A DNA stretch of 62,949 nt, filler included, from Octopus bimaculoides (Eukaryota): assembly GCF_001194135.2 (NCBI RefSeq). It is 3 parts of 2 records of this genome, joined end to end, with 100 filler letters (N's around TTAATTAATTAA, not from the genome) between each part and the next. Parts side by side here need not be neighbours in the genome. Positions count along the whole stretch, not along the records: positions 1 to 23,736 come from NC_069008.1; 2 more parts are not named here. One strand, 5' to 3'. A model generated the notes under the pieces. That model did no database searches, had not been told where the DNA came from, and saw nothing but the letters and a program-made list of their open reading frames with translations. This document shows, in pieces, positions 1 through 11,940 of the stretch. The position numbers and the translations under genes were made by a program. Position 1 is the stretch's first letter. Each line of letters starts with the position of its first letter.

Positions 1-56
1 ACTTTTAGGAAATATAGGGTTTTCTGCCGCCTCGTTACCAGTTTTCTCAAAAAAAT

Positions 57-101
<45 letters not shown>

Positions 102-103
<2 letters not shown>

Positions 104-296
104 AGAAAATATAAAGATTTGCTGATTGAAATTGAAAAAATGTGACACCTCAAGATGGTTACAATACCAGTGACTGTGGGAACACTTGGAATGACCAAAA
201 AAAGGAACTGAAAATTATTTGACCATCACTGCAAGAAGAGCAAAACATTGTCTTAATTGGCACCACGTGTATTGAGAAGAGCATTGCTACCGTGAA
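102..296 (+). mobile_element. 5'-truncated 3' end of an RLE-type (R4/Dong-like) non-LTR retrotransposon, degenerate
   Basis: Translates as RKYKDLLIEIEKM*HLKMVTIPVTVGTLGMTKK, followed by a frameshifted QNIVLIGTT..RRAL-like stretch. This is the C-terminal KYxDL..E / IPVxVG.LG pattern of restriction-like endonuclease LINEs. It starts immediately after (TAA)n at 56-101. Confidence 0.75.
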
Positions 297-544
297 TTTT
301 CTTTCTTTTTCCCCTTTTATTTTCTTTGTTTTTCTTTTTTCCTTTCTTATTGTTTTGTTTTTCTTCCCTTTTTCCTTCTTTTTTCTTTTCTATCACATGA
401 CTTTGTGTGTTTATTTTAATGGCCTACCAATGTATAACAGTGAGTTTCTTTGCCCTAGGGGTTAGGAAGAGACTCAGAAAGAAATGGAAGCAAAAGTGAA
501 AATAGCTGACTGTTAGATTCATCTCTCTAGAAACGACAACCATA

Positions 545-960
545 CAGTGTAAATTCACAAATCAGCAACGTCCTCATGTCAGACAGTTTCATTGTCTTAT
601 GTGTATCTTGGACAGGTTCAAGATAGCAGCTCCAACACGGCCATTTGTAAAGATAATCCTGAAATGGTAATGCCTCCATAAAAAAGAAAAAACTGGACTA
701 ATACCCAACCTGAGTATCCCTCTGGGAGAGGCTACTCACACTGTCTCCAAAATGGCCATCAGTCCATCTTGGTTTATATTGTCCGCTATCTGTCTACACA
801 ATGCAAGAGTTAATGATTTTTCATTAATGACATTATCTAGGTACAAAGGTATAGGGAGCACCTGGCTACATTCCTTATACCAAAGGTCCAACTTCAGTCT
901 ACACTTCACCCAGGACTGCAGCTTGGTTAAAAAGATGACCTGCAGTAAAGTTTGATACAT
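545..960 (-). mobile_element. Probable piggyBac-like transposase C-terminal relic (copy B)
   Basis: Across frames it reads HLFNQAAV / SWVKCR / SLTLALCRQIA / PCWSC / CLT*GRC*FVNLH. This resembles the HLFDxAVVNSW..YR, LLxFRRQIA and Cys-rich terminal domain of piggyBac transposases. It is colinear with 10815-11310. Confidence 0.4.
740..939 (-). CDS. Candidate isolated exon (66 open codons) inside the relic above, product unknown
   Basis: Acceptor ctttactgcag|GTC at 940/939 and donor GT|gtgagt at 740/739 enclose the open frame VIFLTKLQSWVKCRLKLDLWYKECSQVLPIPLYLDNVINEKSLTLALCRQIADNINQDGLMAILET. No partner exons were found. Confidence 0.2.
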
Positions 961-1024
961 AGGTGGAGACTACACTCATTCACTATTTTCATTAACTATA
1001 TACATACATACATACATATATATG

Positions 1025-1059
<35 letters not shown>

Positions 1060-1084
1060 CTATATATGTATATGTATATGTATA

Positions 1085-1605
1085 TAGGTTTTACTTATTT
1101 CAGTCATTAGGCTGCAGCCATGCTGGGGCAACACCTTGAGGAATTTTTAGTAGAATAAATGGACTTCAGTACTTGCTTTCTTTTTTTTTTTAAGCCTGTT
1201 ACTTATTTTCTCAGTCTCTTTTGCCAAACCGTTTAGTACCAAGAATGTAATCACACTAACATCAGTTGTCAAGCAGTGGTGGGAGAACAAACACAAAGAC
1301 ACACANNNNNNNNNNNNNNNNNNNNNNNNNNNNNNNNNNNNNNNNNNNNNNNNNNNNNNNNNNNNNNNNNNNNNNNNNNNNNNNNNNNNNNNNNNNNNNN
1401 NNNNNNNNNNNNNNNNNNNNNNNNNNNNNNNNATATATATATATGACAGGCTTCTTTCCGTTTCCATCTACCAAATCTACTCACAAAGCTTTGGTCAGTC
1501 TGAGACTATAGTAGAAGACACTTGTTCAAGGTGCCATGCAGTTAGACTGAACCTGGAACCATGTTGTTGAGAAGCAAACTTCTTACCACATAACCACACC
1601 TTTCC
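1085..1605 (-). mobile_element. SINE family A (tRNA-like head, internal microsatellite, LINE-like tail)
   Basis: Reverse complement of the recurrent head (gtggtaagaag...ggttcag...ggcacctt..caagtgtcttctactatag) and tail (ccagcatgg..gcag.c.aatgactgaaa), with an internal gap. Confidence 0.85.
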
Positions 1606-1639
1606 CATATATATGTGTGTCTGTGTGTGTGCGCGCGTG

Positions 1640-2105
1640 TATGTGTATAGGGACCAGTGTCATGTGGGGTGTACCTAACACGTTCATTTTCCTGTAATTT
1701 AAGGGTCTGCCCTGGCATCACTTTACTATTTTCTCTCCTTTACCAACAGTGTTAGCCATGTATCTCCTCTACTTCAAGACACCAGTACTTAAACCTCTCA
1801 CCCCCTGGCATGAAGCCACCTCCCTCAATATTACTCACCCTCAGATGAGAGAGTCTTGTCTTGCAAGTTATTTGGCGATCTGTCTGATGTTGGTGCCATG
1901 CAAAAAGCACTCAATACGCTCTGCAAAATGGTCGGTGTTTTGAAGGGTATGCAGCCATAGAAACCATGCCAATGTAGACATTGGAGCTTTGTACAATCCT
2001 CTGTTTTGTTGGTTCCTGTCAAGCCATCCAACCCATGCCAGCAGGGAAAATAGATTTGTTAAACTGTGATGATGTTGATGATGACGACGATGATGATGAT
2101 GACTG
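1640..2105 (+). mobile_element. RTE-type LINE 3' UTR / tail repeat
   Basis: The motif aagggtatgcagccatagaaaccatgcc...ccaacccatgccagca.ggaaaa...gttaaa ends in (GAT)n. The same family occurs inverted at 18490-18780. Confidence 0.6.
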
Positions 2106-2148
2106 AGCATGTGAATCCTCATAAAAAATCTCAGAGATTTAGCCATGA

Positions 2149-2184
<36 letters not shown>

Positions 2185-2499
2185 CCAGATAATCAGCATT
2201 TTCAGACTGAAAGAAGCCACATAAAAGATAATTCCACAATGGAACTCTGTGCAACTAATTATACACCTTCTCATATCTCTAAAATACTATGACACTGATG
2301 AAAATTTGAATGAGGCAAATATTAAAGAATTAAATCAAACACACGAGTTATAGATGTAACAAGTGTATTTAATGGAAGTCTGTTTCAATGAAATAGGATT
2401 ATTAATTAAACAAATAGCTGTATTAAATACAAATTGAATGTGAATTAAATCATTAAATCATTTAATGAAATAAAACATCTAATAATAGAGTTAATCACT

Positions 2500-2760
2500 A
2501 AGGTTCGGAAGTTGGGAGCTGTAAAGATGACTGCCTGTGTCATAGATGGCTGCTTTTTTCATAGATTTGTGAAGTGTAGGAAGGATATCTGGGATGTTTG
2601 AAGTTGAAGGCTCAATATTTTTGGATGGAGGCTGAATTTTCTTTGTCAACATTTCATTCAAGATGTTTCTTATGCTTAGATCGTTCTTTGCTCATCTGTT
2701 CACACATCAGGTAATGATTTCTTATCTCTTGTTCTGTCATGAAGGAACACCATTCAACTA
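2500..2760 (-). mobile_element. Possible highly decayed Penelope-like fragment
   Basis: The minus frame KNDLSIRNILNEMLTKKIQPP..NIPDILPTLHKS..YSSQLPNL loosely resembles the RT-thumb to GIY-YIG linker (…RQPPNL). It has several stops. Confidence 0.3.
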
Positions 2761-2790
2761 CTTTTGAAACAATTCTGGTTTACAATAGAT

Positions 2791-2960
2791 GCAGGTATGG
2801 CTGTGTAGCTGAGAACTTTGCTACTTACCTACACAGTGGTTTTGGGTTCAATTCTACAGTGTGGCACCTTGGGTAAGTGTCTTCTACTATAGCTTGAGCT
2901 GACCAAAGTCTTGTGAGGGAATTTGCTTAACAGAAATGGAAAGATGACTGTCATTTATAT
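2791..2960 (+). mobile_element. SINE family A head
   Basis: gcaggtatggctgtgtag...gggttcaattc...ggcaccttgggtaagtgtcttctactatagc. Confidence 0.8.
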
Positions 2961-3229
2961 ACATACATATACAAACGTGCATATAAATTGAGGGATTTTT
3001 ATTCATCTTCATAACAACTCTAGTTGCTGTCTGTGAGCTATACAGAAATATTCAGCTTATTGAATTTCTTTGTAACTTCAATATGGGAAAAAGTGTGTAA
3101 TCTTTGATACCAATAAATTGTTATTGCTCCTCAACATACATGATCCACTTCTTGTTTTCTATACCTGCCATGGACTGCTTAAAGCTTACAAACTTCCTGC
3201 ACTTGGATACCTGGATCTTACTTTTATAT

Positions 3230-3302
<73 letters not shown>

Positions 3303-3308
3303 GAGAGG

Positions 3309-4549
3309 CCAAAGTGTACGTATGCCGCTATATTTTATATATAAAGAATACAAAAATGGGACAAGAACGCAAAACATCCAGACAGTTAAGTGATACAAAA
3401 AAGGGACAACAAAACATTCAGACAGACGATAGTGCTCCAATCAACAACAGCGAATGTATACAAAAACAAGGACAGAAAAAACAGAGAAATGTTACACAAA
3501 TACAAATGCAATTAACAAGACAAAACAACAGGTGTCGTTCAACTAAGACACAAATTAAATTAAGGTGGCGTGTGTGGAAGTAAAGCCTCATGGCAGGGAA
3601 ATAAGATTTAACAGACACAGGGAGGAATAATAGATGCTGCACGGATGGTAGTGGAACCAAGGAAGAAAGGTCAGGCCTTGCTGAACACGTGGGGAGGGAA
3701 GAAAGAGAGGTAGAGGCAGAGGAACAGAAGAAATAAGGAGGAGCGAGAAAAAATGAAAGAGACACAGTGAAGTGAAAGAGGAGGGAAAGTGAACACGAAG
3801 AGAAGGCCAGGAAATGTGAAAGAGGGGGAACAAAAGAACGAAGAGTGGAATGAACAAAGTGTGAAAGGGCTGATAGAAAGAAGGAAAGAATGAATGAATA
3901 CAAAGAATAATAGAGTTGTACAAAATTTAGATATATATATATATACTTACATATAAAAGACCAAAGTGTATGTATACCACTATATTTTAGATATAAAAAA
4001 TACAAAAATGGGACAAGAACGCAAAACCTCCAGACAGTTAGGTGATAGAAAAAAGGGACAACAAAACATCCAGACAGGCAATACAAGGAAAACAAGGACG
4101 GGTCATTCAGAGTTTTCTATCCTCAGTCGAGTTCCAGATTATCTTTGCAATTTTGGCTGGTTATATTTGAGATTGCTCCAGTTTGGCCAGCCCCAAGGAA
4201 AAAATAAGCTAAAAGCATTAGATTCCTTGGAAGAAAGCAGCGAATGTATATGAAAACGAGGATGGAAAAAAAACAGAGAAATGTTACACAAATAAAAAAT
4301 GCAATTAACAGAATATAACAACTGGTGTCTTTCAACTCTTAGCTTATTTTTTCCCTTGGGGCTGGCCAGATTGGAGCAATCTCAAGTATAACCAACCAAA
4401 ATTGCAAAGATAATCTGAAACTCGACTGAGGATAGAGAACTCCAAATGACTCATCCTTGTCTTCCTTGTATCGTCTGTCTGGATGTTTTGTTGTCCCTTT
4501 TTTGTATCACTTAACTGTTTGGATGTTTTGCGCTCTTGTCCCATTTTTG

Positions 4550-4555
<6 letters not shown>
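3309..4555. repeat. Repeat complex: an internally deleted direct copy (3309-3547) and a long inverted repeat (3997-4212 / 4339-4555)
   Basis: caaaaatgggacaagaacgcaaaac...ccccaaggaaaaaataagctaa is mirrored by ttagcttattttttcccttgggg...cttgtcccatttttgtatttt. 3309-3430 matches 3961-4080, and 3449-3545 matches 4238-4338. Confidence 0.85.
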
Positions 4556-4580
<25 letters not shown>

Positions 4581-4725
4581 TATNNNNNNNNNNNNNNNNN
4601 NNNNNNNNNNNNNNNNNNNNNNNNNNNNNNNNNNNNNNNNNNNNNNNNNNNNNNNNNNNNNNNNNNNNNNNNNNNNNNNNNNNNNNNNNNNNNNNNNNNN
4701 NNNNNNNNNNNNNNNNNNNNNTATA

Positions 4726-5410
4726 TAGGGTGTGATGGGTAAATTGTTGCTATTTTACATTTTTAATTTCACACATACACATTGTTTGCTTTTGATTTTA
4801 TTGATTACACAGTACAGTAGGGTCAGTTGGACACCAGCTGAGAAAAAAACAGCACAATGATGCAATCACTCTACCAGAAATTTAGAAATGACACACTCTT
4901 CTGCTTAGCATTCATGCAGGAAGCTCCAATATGAACATTTCAGAGTGTTTGTGTGTCAATCTGAGGACAGTGCAATCTGAGGACATGTACTGAGAGTGAT
5001 AAAAATCAAACATCCAGTCAACATCATGATGTTTGGAGTGATCATTAGTGATGGCAACGTTATGCCACCATTCTTCTTCCCTTATGGCCTCAGAGTCAAT
5101 ACAGAGTCCTACATCAAATGCCTGGTCAAGAGGGTGGCTGCTGGAAGAGCCTATGTCTGGCCACAGGATTCTGCACTATACCACACAAGCTGGAGAATCC
5201 AGTCATGGCTGTCAGACAATTTCTGTGACCACACCACCCCTAACATCTGGCCACCCAACTCCCCAGACTGCAACCATCCCTTTGATTAAAATGTGTGGGA
5301 CACAGTTGAGCAAGAGACCAGCAAAACTCCTTGTAACACCAAAGATGAACTGAAGGCAAGGATTATGGCAAATCAGTTGGCAGCTTCATACTTTCAAAGT
5401 CATTTGGAAT
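4726..5410 (+). mobile_element. Tc1/mariner superfamily, maT (DD37D)-like defective transposon
   Basis: It begins TA|tagggtgtgatggg (CAGGGTG-like end). The ORF HPVNIMMFGVIISDGNVMPP...VWPQDSALYHTS...WPPNSPDCNHPFD*NVWDTVEQETSKTPCNTKDELKARIMA has D-to-D spacing of 38 residues (37 plus one extra). It is internally deleted. Confidence 0.85.
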
Positions 5411-5430
5411 AAGAGGTATCTTACCTGAAA

Positions 5431-5461
<31 letters not shown>

Positions 5462-5512
5462 AAGGTAAATAAAGAGAAAAAGGGAAAAATAGATAAATCA
5501 ATAAATATGATT

Positions 5513-5905
5513 AGGCTGTGTGGTAAGAAGTTTGCTTCCTAACTACATGGTTCCAGGTTCAGTCCCACTGTGTGGCACCTTTGTTGCTACTATAGCCTCA
5601 GGCTGGCTAAAGCCTTGTGAGTGAATTTGGTAGATAGAAACTGAAAGAAGCCTGATGTGCGTATCTGTGTATGTGTGTGTGTGTGTGTGTATCTTTGCGT
5701 GAGTGTGTGTGTGTGTATCTTTGCGTGAGTGTGTGTGTGTGTATCTTTGCGTGAGTGTGTGTGTGTGTTTGTTTGTCCCCCGCCACCACTTGACAACTAG
5801 TGTTGGTATTTATGTCCCCATGGTTTAGCAGTGCAGCAAAATCAACCGATAGAATAAGTACCAGGTTTTGACAAAAATGTAATAAGTGCTGGAGTCGATA
5901 AGTTC
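5513..5905 (+). mobile_element. SINE family A with an internal 24-bp minisatellite
   Basis: Head and tail are present. The unit gtgtgtgtatctttgcgtgagt is repeated three times at about 5683-5762. Confidence 0.85.
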
Positions 5906-6329
5906 AAGAATCAGTAAAATGAGACACAACAGATGCCTCTGTGTCAGCAATTAATACATTCAACCAGATTGCATTTTCATCAGCTCCCACCACTTGATTA
6001 ACGTTCGTTTGTTTACAGCTCATAACTTAGTAGTTTGGCAAAGTGAATGATAGAACACATACCATACTTAAAATAAATATTGGGGTTGATTTGTTACCCT
6101 AACCCTACTCAGTGGTCCTCAAATAAGGCTGCAGTCCAGTGACTGGAATAAGTAAAAAAAGTGAACCTCTTACACCAATTTCTGTGTATTTCTCAGAATT
6201 CACAACTATATTGATAATTTCAAAGTCAGTTTGGTGATACACAACAGGTGTTCCTTCATCAACATTCATCCATTCAGCCTGTTTGCTTTCTTTCTTTATT
6301 TTATTTTATTTTTTTGCATTAACCCTAAT

Positions 6330-7240
6330 TGCTGTATCCCTGGCACCTGGTTCCCTTAAACAGTTGCCATATTTAAGCAAGCTGTTAACACCTTTTTTCT
6401 CCTTTGATACACAAAATCTTGAGAAATCATTACCAACATATCCATGAAATGAATTCTCACACATCAAAGCATGCTGCAACTTATGCCAGCCATTCTTTGG
6501 TGTTAATGGTTCTCCATTATCCTAGGCACAACTAATGAAACAGAGCACATCTTTCATGTATTCTTTAATAAACATCTTTCTAAGCTTGCCAACATTGATT
6601 GCTTTTATCATATGTTTCATAAAAAGTGAGCAATACTTCACTGTCAAAGAATGCAGTTTTCCTTGGTCTTGGGTTTGAATAAGATATGTACAATTTGGTG
6701 ATAAATAAGCTGTAAAAACATTATTCTTTCTCAAGAGTTCAGCTCTGAGTTGAAAAGTATAATTTTCCAATTTTCCAGTAGGCTTGTAGAGGTTCAGGCT
6801 TCTGTTACAAAATATTTTTTTAAGCAATTGTATAGGAATCTTGGTGATAACCATTTTTTATTTTGCATGGTATACTGCTGGGACAATTGTAATACTTTTG
6901 GAGGTTCTGTGGCATATACACTTCCCTATCGTCAGTAACATACATCTATGTATGCATGTGGCATTTGAGTGCCCTAGGATGGTGTTTGGATTTTGTGGGC
7001 CCTTTTTTAGTCTCCTTCTTGTTAATGTTCTTCAAATGAGCATCACAGCTATAATGCAATTTCATCTGCATTATGCAGATGAAATGGCATTCAGGACTCA
7101 AGTTCCCATCAACAACATGCTTAGAAAAATTCATCCACACATCTTTCTGCTCCTTCTTGGTTCATGAACCATTTTACTCTCCCTACTTCCTGCATAGGAA
7201 TTTCATGATGCTTCTTAAATCTTCAAAGCTATCCTTCCCT
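6330..7240 (-). mobile_element. pogo/Tigger-type transposase pseudogene (CENP-B HTH + DDE_1)
   Basis: G*L*RFKKHHEI matches GWLxRFKKRHGI, HNADEIAL matches YNADETAL, YLSPNCTYLIQTQDQG matches FLPPNxTSLIQPMDQG, and FISCA*DN matches xAW. There are many stops and frameshifts. Confidence 0.85.
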
Positions 7241-7374
7241 ATAATCACCAAATCCATTCACAAGACTTTCTAGTCAACCCAGTTGCCAAAATCCCACACA
7301 CTGGGATTAAATCAGAAACTGTGTCTGGCAAGTAACCCACATGCTAAAAAATAGGTGGATTGAGAGAGATTCTT

Positions 7375-7765
7375 GTACTTGTTTCAATCATCTGACTGCT
7401 GTCATGCTGGGAGTACCACCTTAAAGGGTTTTTAGTCAAACAGATTGACCCAGGACATTTTTTTAAAGCCTGATATTTATTTTACCAATCTCTTTTGCTG
7501 AACACTAACACACTAACACCAGTTGTCAAGTGGTGGTGGGAGACAAACACAGACACAAAGACACACACATATAGATATATATATATACATCTATATGACA
7601 GGCTTCTTTCAGTTTTCATCTACCAAATCCACCCACAAGACTTTGGTCGACCTGAGCCTATAATAGAAGACACTTGCCCAAAGTGCTGTGCGGTGGGACT
7701 GAACCTAGAACCATGTGGTTGGGAAGCAAGCTTCTTACCACACAGCTGTGCGTATGCCTGTCGTA
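7375..7765 (-). mobile_element. SINE family A
   Basis: Reverse-strand head and tail with an internal (CA)/(TA) tract. Confidence 0.85.
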
Positions 7766-7799
7766 TATCACAATTAAATGATTGCTTGTTCCCTAAACA

Positions 7800-8300
7800 A
7801 GCCTCCTAAGGAGTTAATCAACCATAGGAACCCCAAAATAAGCTCATAAAGAGTTTTTAAGATCGTTTAAAGACAGACCTAAATGAAACAGAAATCGAGA
7901 GAAATTGCAATTAAGAATTGAGGAGAATTAGCAGGAAATTACATGAAATGGGAAAAGCAAATTGATGATGGTGGAGATAAATAAAAAAACAAAAACCGGC
8001 GGCTGAAAGTATCTCTCACGCAAAGTTGTTTCAGGCAGCTTGCAAGATAGAAAATATAGAACGACTTCCATCAGGACAGGGAACAAAAGAGGAGTTAACA
8101 TGCATCCAGTGTTTTATTCTGCTTTCTATGGCTGGACTGATTAATCACTTGACATCACATGTGAGACAGTTGAGCATTTCTAAATGCCCAGCATGTAATC
8201 AAATCTGTCAGTCAAAGTCAGACTTAACAAGGCACATTAACATGGTACATACCAATGACATATGTAAACATTGATATACATACATACATACATACATGTA
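7800..8300 (+). mobile_element. Decayed RTE-like LINE 3' end carrying two C2H2 zinc fingers
   Basis: The upstream GTPK*..FKD..RIEEN*QEI resembles the RTE GRPK..FKD...W region. ORF 8026-8274 has C-x2-C-x11-H-x3-H (CIQC..HLTSH) and C-x2-C-x12-H-x4-H (CPAC..HINMVH), followed by a (CATA)n tail. Confidence 0.6.
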
Positions 8301-8789
8301 TGCATACATAAATATAAATTACACATACACACAGATACACAAATACATATATTTAATGTGTGAGTATGTATATGTTTCGGTGTATTTTTGTATACATACA
8401 AGTATATTCATATATAATAAATAAATATATGTGTGTGGGTGTGTATGTGTGTGTGTCTATTCTATATATGCGTATATGTTAATATATATAATATATATAT
8501 ATATATTATATATCTGTATAATGTGTATGTATGTTGCAGCCGACTGGCTAACAAGCAAAAAACACATACTTTGAATATGTGTGTTTGAGATATATATATA
8601 TATATATATACATGTATGTATATATACACACACACACATGCATATATACACACACATACACAAACACATATATACATACACATATATAAAGTGAGAGAGA
8701 GAGAGAGTCAGACATGCAGACAGAAATAAAGATAGAAATATTTTTTTCTCCATCTCTGTACATGCATGTGCTCAATCTGCTAAACCTTG

Positions 8790-9130
8790 CATCCAAATTA
8801 CCGTTGTATGAAACCCTTCAGGTTTAACAACATGCTCACCAATAACACTGTATCATCACCAACACCACTACCACCAGCTCCAAACACCAACAGTCACTAC
8901 CATCAACACCACCAACACCACAACACCACCATCATCAACAACAACAGCCACAACAAAACAATGTACATCCACTACCACCACTACTGCTACCTTCTTCAGT
9001 CTCAGCAACCAACGTTATCATTACCAACAATGAATAACTATCACAACCACCACTGCCACTACCGCCACCACCACCACCAACCCATAGTCACCCTCCACAC
9101 TGTGTACATTATCCTACACCCCCGTCTTCA
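8790..9130. repeat. Degenerate (CAC/CAA)n low-complexity tract
   Basis: Direct inspection. It produces a spurious H/T/N-rich ORF. Confidence 0.8.
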
Positions 9131-9254
9131 GCATCAAAACCATTAGGATTAGAGTAGATTCAGCTAAGATGTCAGTGTTAAGCTGTTTACTGTCTCCTTG
9201 ATAATGTTTCTACATGCGGATCCGTGTAATAACTTGCTTATACTATACAATCAG

Positions 9255-9290
<36 letters not shown>

Positions 9291-9478
9291 NNNNNNNNNN
9301 NNNNNNNNNNNNNNNNNNNNNNNNNNNNNNNNNNNNNNNNNNNNNNNNNNNNNNNNNNNNNNNNNNNNNNNNNNNNNNNNNNNNNNNNNNNNNNNNNNNN
9401 NNNNNNNNNNNNNNNNNNNNNNNNNNNNNNNNNNNNNNNNNNNNNNNNNNNNNNNNNNNNNNNNNNNNNNNNNNNNNN

Positions 9479-9525
<47 letters not shown>

Positions 9526-9551
9526 TACACATAAGCCAAACATTTTAGAGA

Positions 9552-9625
<74 letters not shown>

Positions 9626-9973
9626 AATAATAGTAATCATTATTGTTGTTTTTATTTCTATTGTATTTTTATTTGCTACAAATATGATAGATGAACGAGA
9701 CATTGTAAGGAGTAGTTCCAAAATTTGTGTGTTTTTTACATGGTGGAATCCATTACAGAAGAAAGCACATTTGGAAAGCAAAAATATGCAAAAGGAATAA
9801 AATGAGATGTCCCTGTTTGGGTAGACAATTAAGGAACTTCAGAGACCCCAAATCAACCTATCTCTTCCCTACCCACTCTCTCTCTGCACCATTCTTTGAC
9901 TGTAGTTCTTATGCTGAGAATTGTTCATATTAGCCATACTTGTCAATCTCACCCACCTTTCAGTAAATTTACT

Positions 9974-10230
9974 GGAGGGCACATGGCTTAGTGGTTAGGG
10001 TTTTCGGTTCATGATCATACGGTCATGAGTTCTATTCCCAGTGGCGTGTTGTGTCCTTGAGCAAGACACTTCATTTCATGTTGTTCCAGTCCAATCAGCT
10101 GACAAAAATGAATAGTACTTGTAATTCAAAGGACTAGCCTTGTCACATTGTGTCATGCTGAATCTCCCTGAGACTTACATTAAGGTTACCACGTGTCTGT
10201 GGAGTACTCAGTCACTTGCACATTAATTGC
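9974..10230 (+). mobile_element. SINE family B (tRNA head + gtgtccttgagcaagacact core)
   Basis: A-box tggcttagtgg and B-box-like gagttctattcc are followed by the core ttgtgtccttgagcaagacact. Confidence 0.8.
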
Positions 10231-10319
10231 ATGACTGGGCTATTCCATTGATTGGATATACTGGAATCCTCATCATTGTAACTGCCAGAGTACCAATAGC
10301 AGTAATACTGGAGGGCAGC

Positions 10320-10365
<46 letters not shown>

Positions 10366-10501
10366 CTTTGTCTTTCCCTTTCTCTCCATCCTCATCCTTC
10401 TTCTCCAAGTAGAGCTTGAAGCAACTGATGAGGTGTTTACTTAGAACTCTATTGCCATTACCACCAAACAGAAGAAAACTGCCTACACTAATCAGCTAAA
10501 G

Positions 10502-10764
10502 CAGTGGTTCCCCAAACTTTTGGAGGTTGTCACCTCCTAGTCACCTGGACCACATTCCTAGTGTGCCCACCACTCACCACTACAAGCATAGACCACTTTC
10601 TGCAGCAAATTCAAAACAACTGTATTTCACAAATAAAACTTTAGTCTAATTAACCCATTATGTTGTTGTTTTTACATCCATCACCCACTTCTGGCGACCC
10701 CATTATTGCTCCATTTTTCTTCAATGCACCCCTGGTCATTGAAAACCCACTTTAGAAACCACTG
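10502..10764. mobile_element. hAT-like MITE
   Basis: Termini CAGTGGTT... and ...AAACCACTG are Charlie/MER5-type ends. No 8-bp TSD is recognisable. Confidence 0.6.
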
Positions 10765-10814
10765 GCAGTGTGATGATTCACATAGTAAACTCAGCCAGTA
10801 ACCAAATCCAGCCA

Positions 10815-11310
10815 ACATGTGACAATAACTGTTTGACATAACTCTTCCGACCAGCAATATTCAGACAGTAAATATTTATCATCATTTTGCATACATTTTA
10901 GACAGGCCTGACCCTTGATACAGCATTGTTTATAAAATTTATCTCAAACCAACAATACTCTCCATTAACACTGCCAAGCCAGGTTTTGTGGAAGTTTTCC
11001 ATAATTCCTTGGCTGAAAGTTCTCCAAAATAGAGTGTTCAATTGTTCTTCATCAATACCCAAGATTTCCCCAAGAACGGTGCCATGCTTGTCCACCAGTA
11101 TCCTTCTATAGAATTCAAGGAGTGACATAGTGTTGTCTTCTTTACTTTTTTTTTTTTTTGATAATTGTGAGTGCATGATGAAATTGTAAGTGCTATGCAC
11201 TGAATTCCGATTTTCACTTGACTCAGGACAACAGCTTCATCAAAGAGATGAGCTGAAAGAAAAGGCACTTCACAAACGTTGACCATTTCTTCTTACTCTG
11301 CTGGGATCTC
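10815..11310 (-). mobile_element. Probable piggyBac-like transposase C-terminal relic (copy A)
   Basis: Across frames it reads SKKKW..CLFF / HLFDEAVV / MSLLEFYRRIL..KHG (cf. PGBD-type FLEFRRR..THG) / CCIKGQACLKC / CLNIAGRK. It has stops and a 14-A frameshift. Confidence 0.5.
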
Positions 11311-11940
11311 TGCAAATACTGATATATGTTATAATGTAGGAACAAATAATGATATTGTGCTCAGGTAATGATTTTATTAATGAACAAAGAAATATTGCAA
11401 CAATTCCAAAATGAAATTAAAATGGTAAACTAATTCCAGTTGTCCAAGATGTAAATGAATAAGATTATACCAAAAGCAAGCATTGCACAGTAAAAAAAGA
11501 ATAAATCCAGAAAATGAGTCAATGTATAAAAAACGCCACCTGATAGAGTAAATGAAGTGTCACATGATTGTGTGTGAGTGTGATTGAATAAGCTAAAAGA
11601 TAAATGATGTGGGAGTAGGAAAACATCACATGATGGAGTGTCACATGATTGAACGAATAAAAATTGACAATAAACAATTGGCAAATAGCACTTTCCTTCG
11701 TACCCTCAACATCTTCCCATGTTAAACTTAAAAAAGTTGCTAAAGGCTTGACAAAATAAGAAAATATCAGTCTTCAGCCTTTTCATTCTTGTCCACCATA
11801 CTTTGTATTTCACTATAACCACCAGACAGATGAAAATTCTTTGCCCTTTCTAGATAAAGAGAAGAATAGTAAGAGTAATAATAACTGGCACCACTTCCGT
11901 CGATGGGAGTGGTGCCATTTGATCTGATCAATGGAGCAGC

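Noticed and set aside
11190-11252. Stops TGA/TGA/TAG in relic A align with Trp/Cys/Trp in relic B, suggesting A-to-I stop-to-Trp recoding
   Set aside because: One stop aligns with Cys, a 14-A frameshift follows, and further stops lie downstream. Ordinary G-to-A decay of a dead element is simpler.
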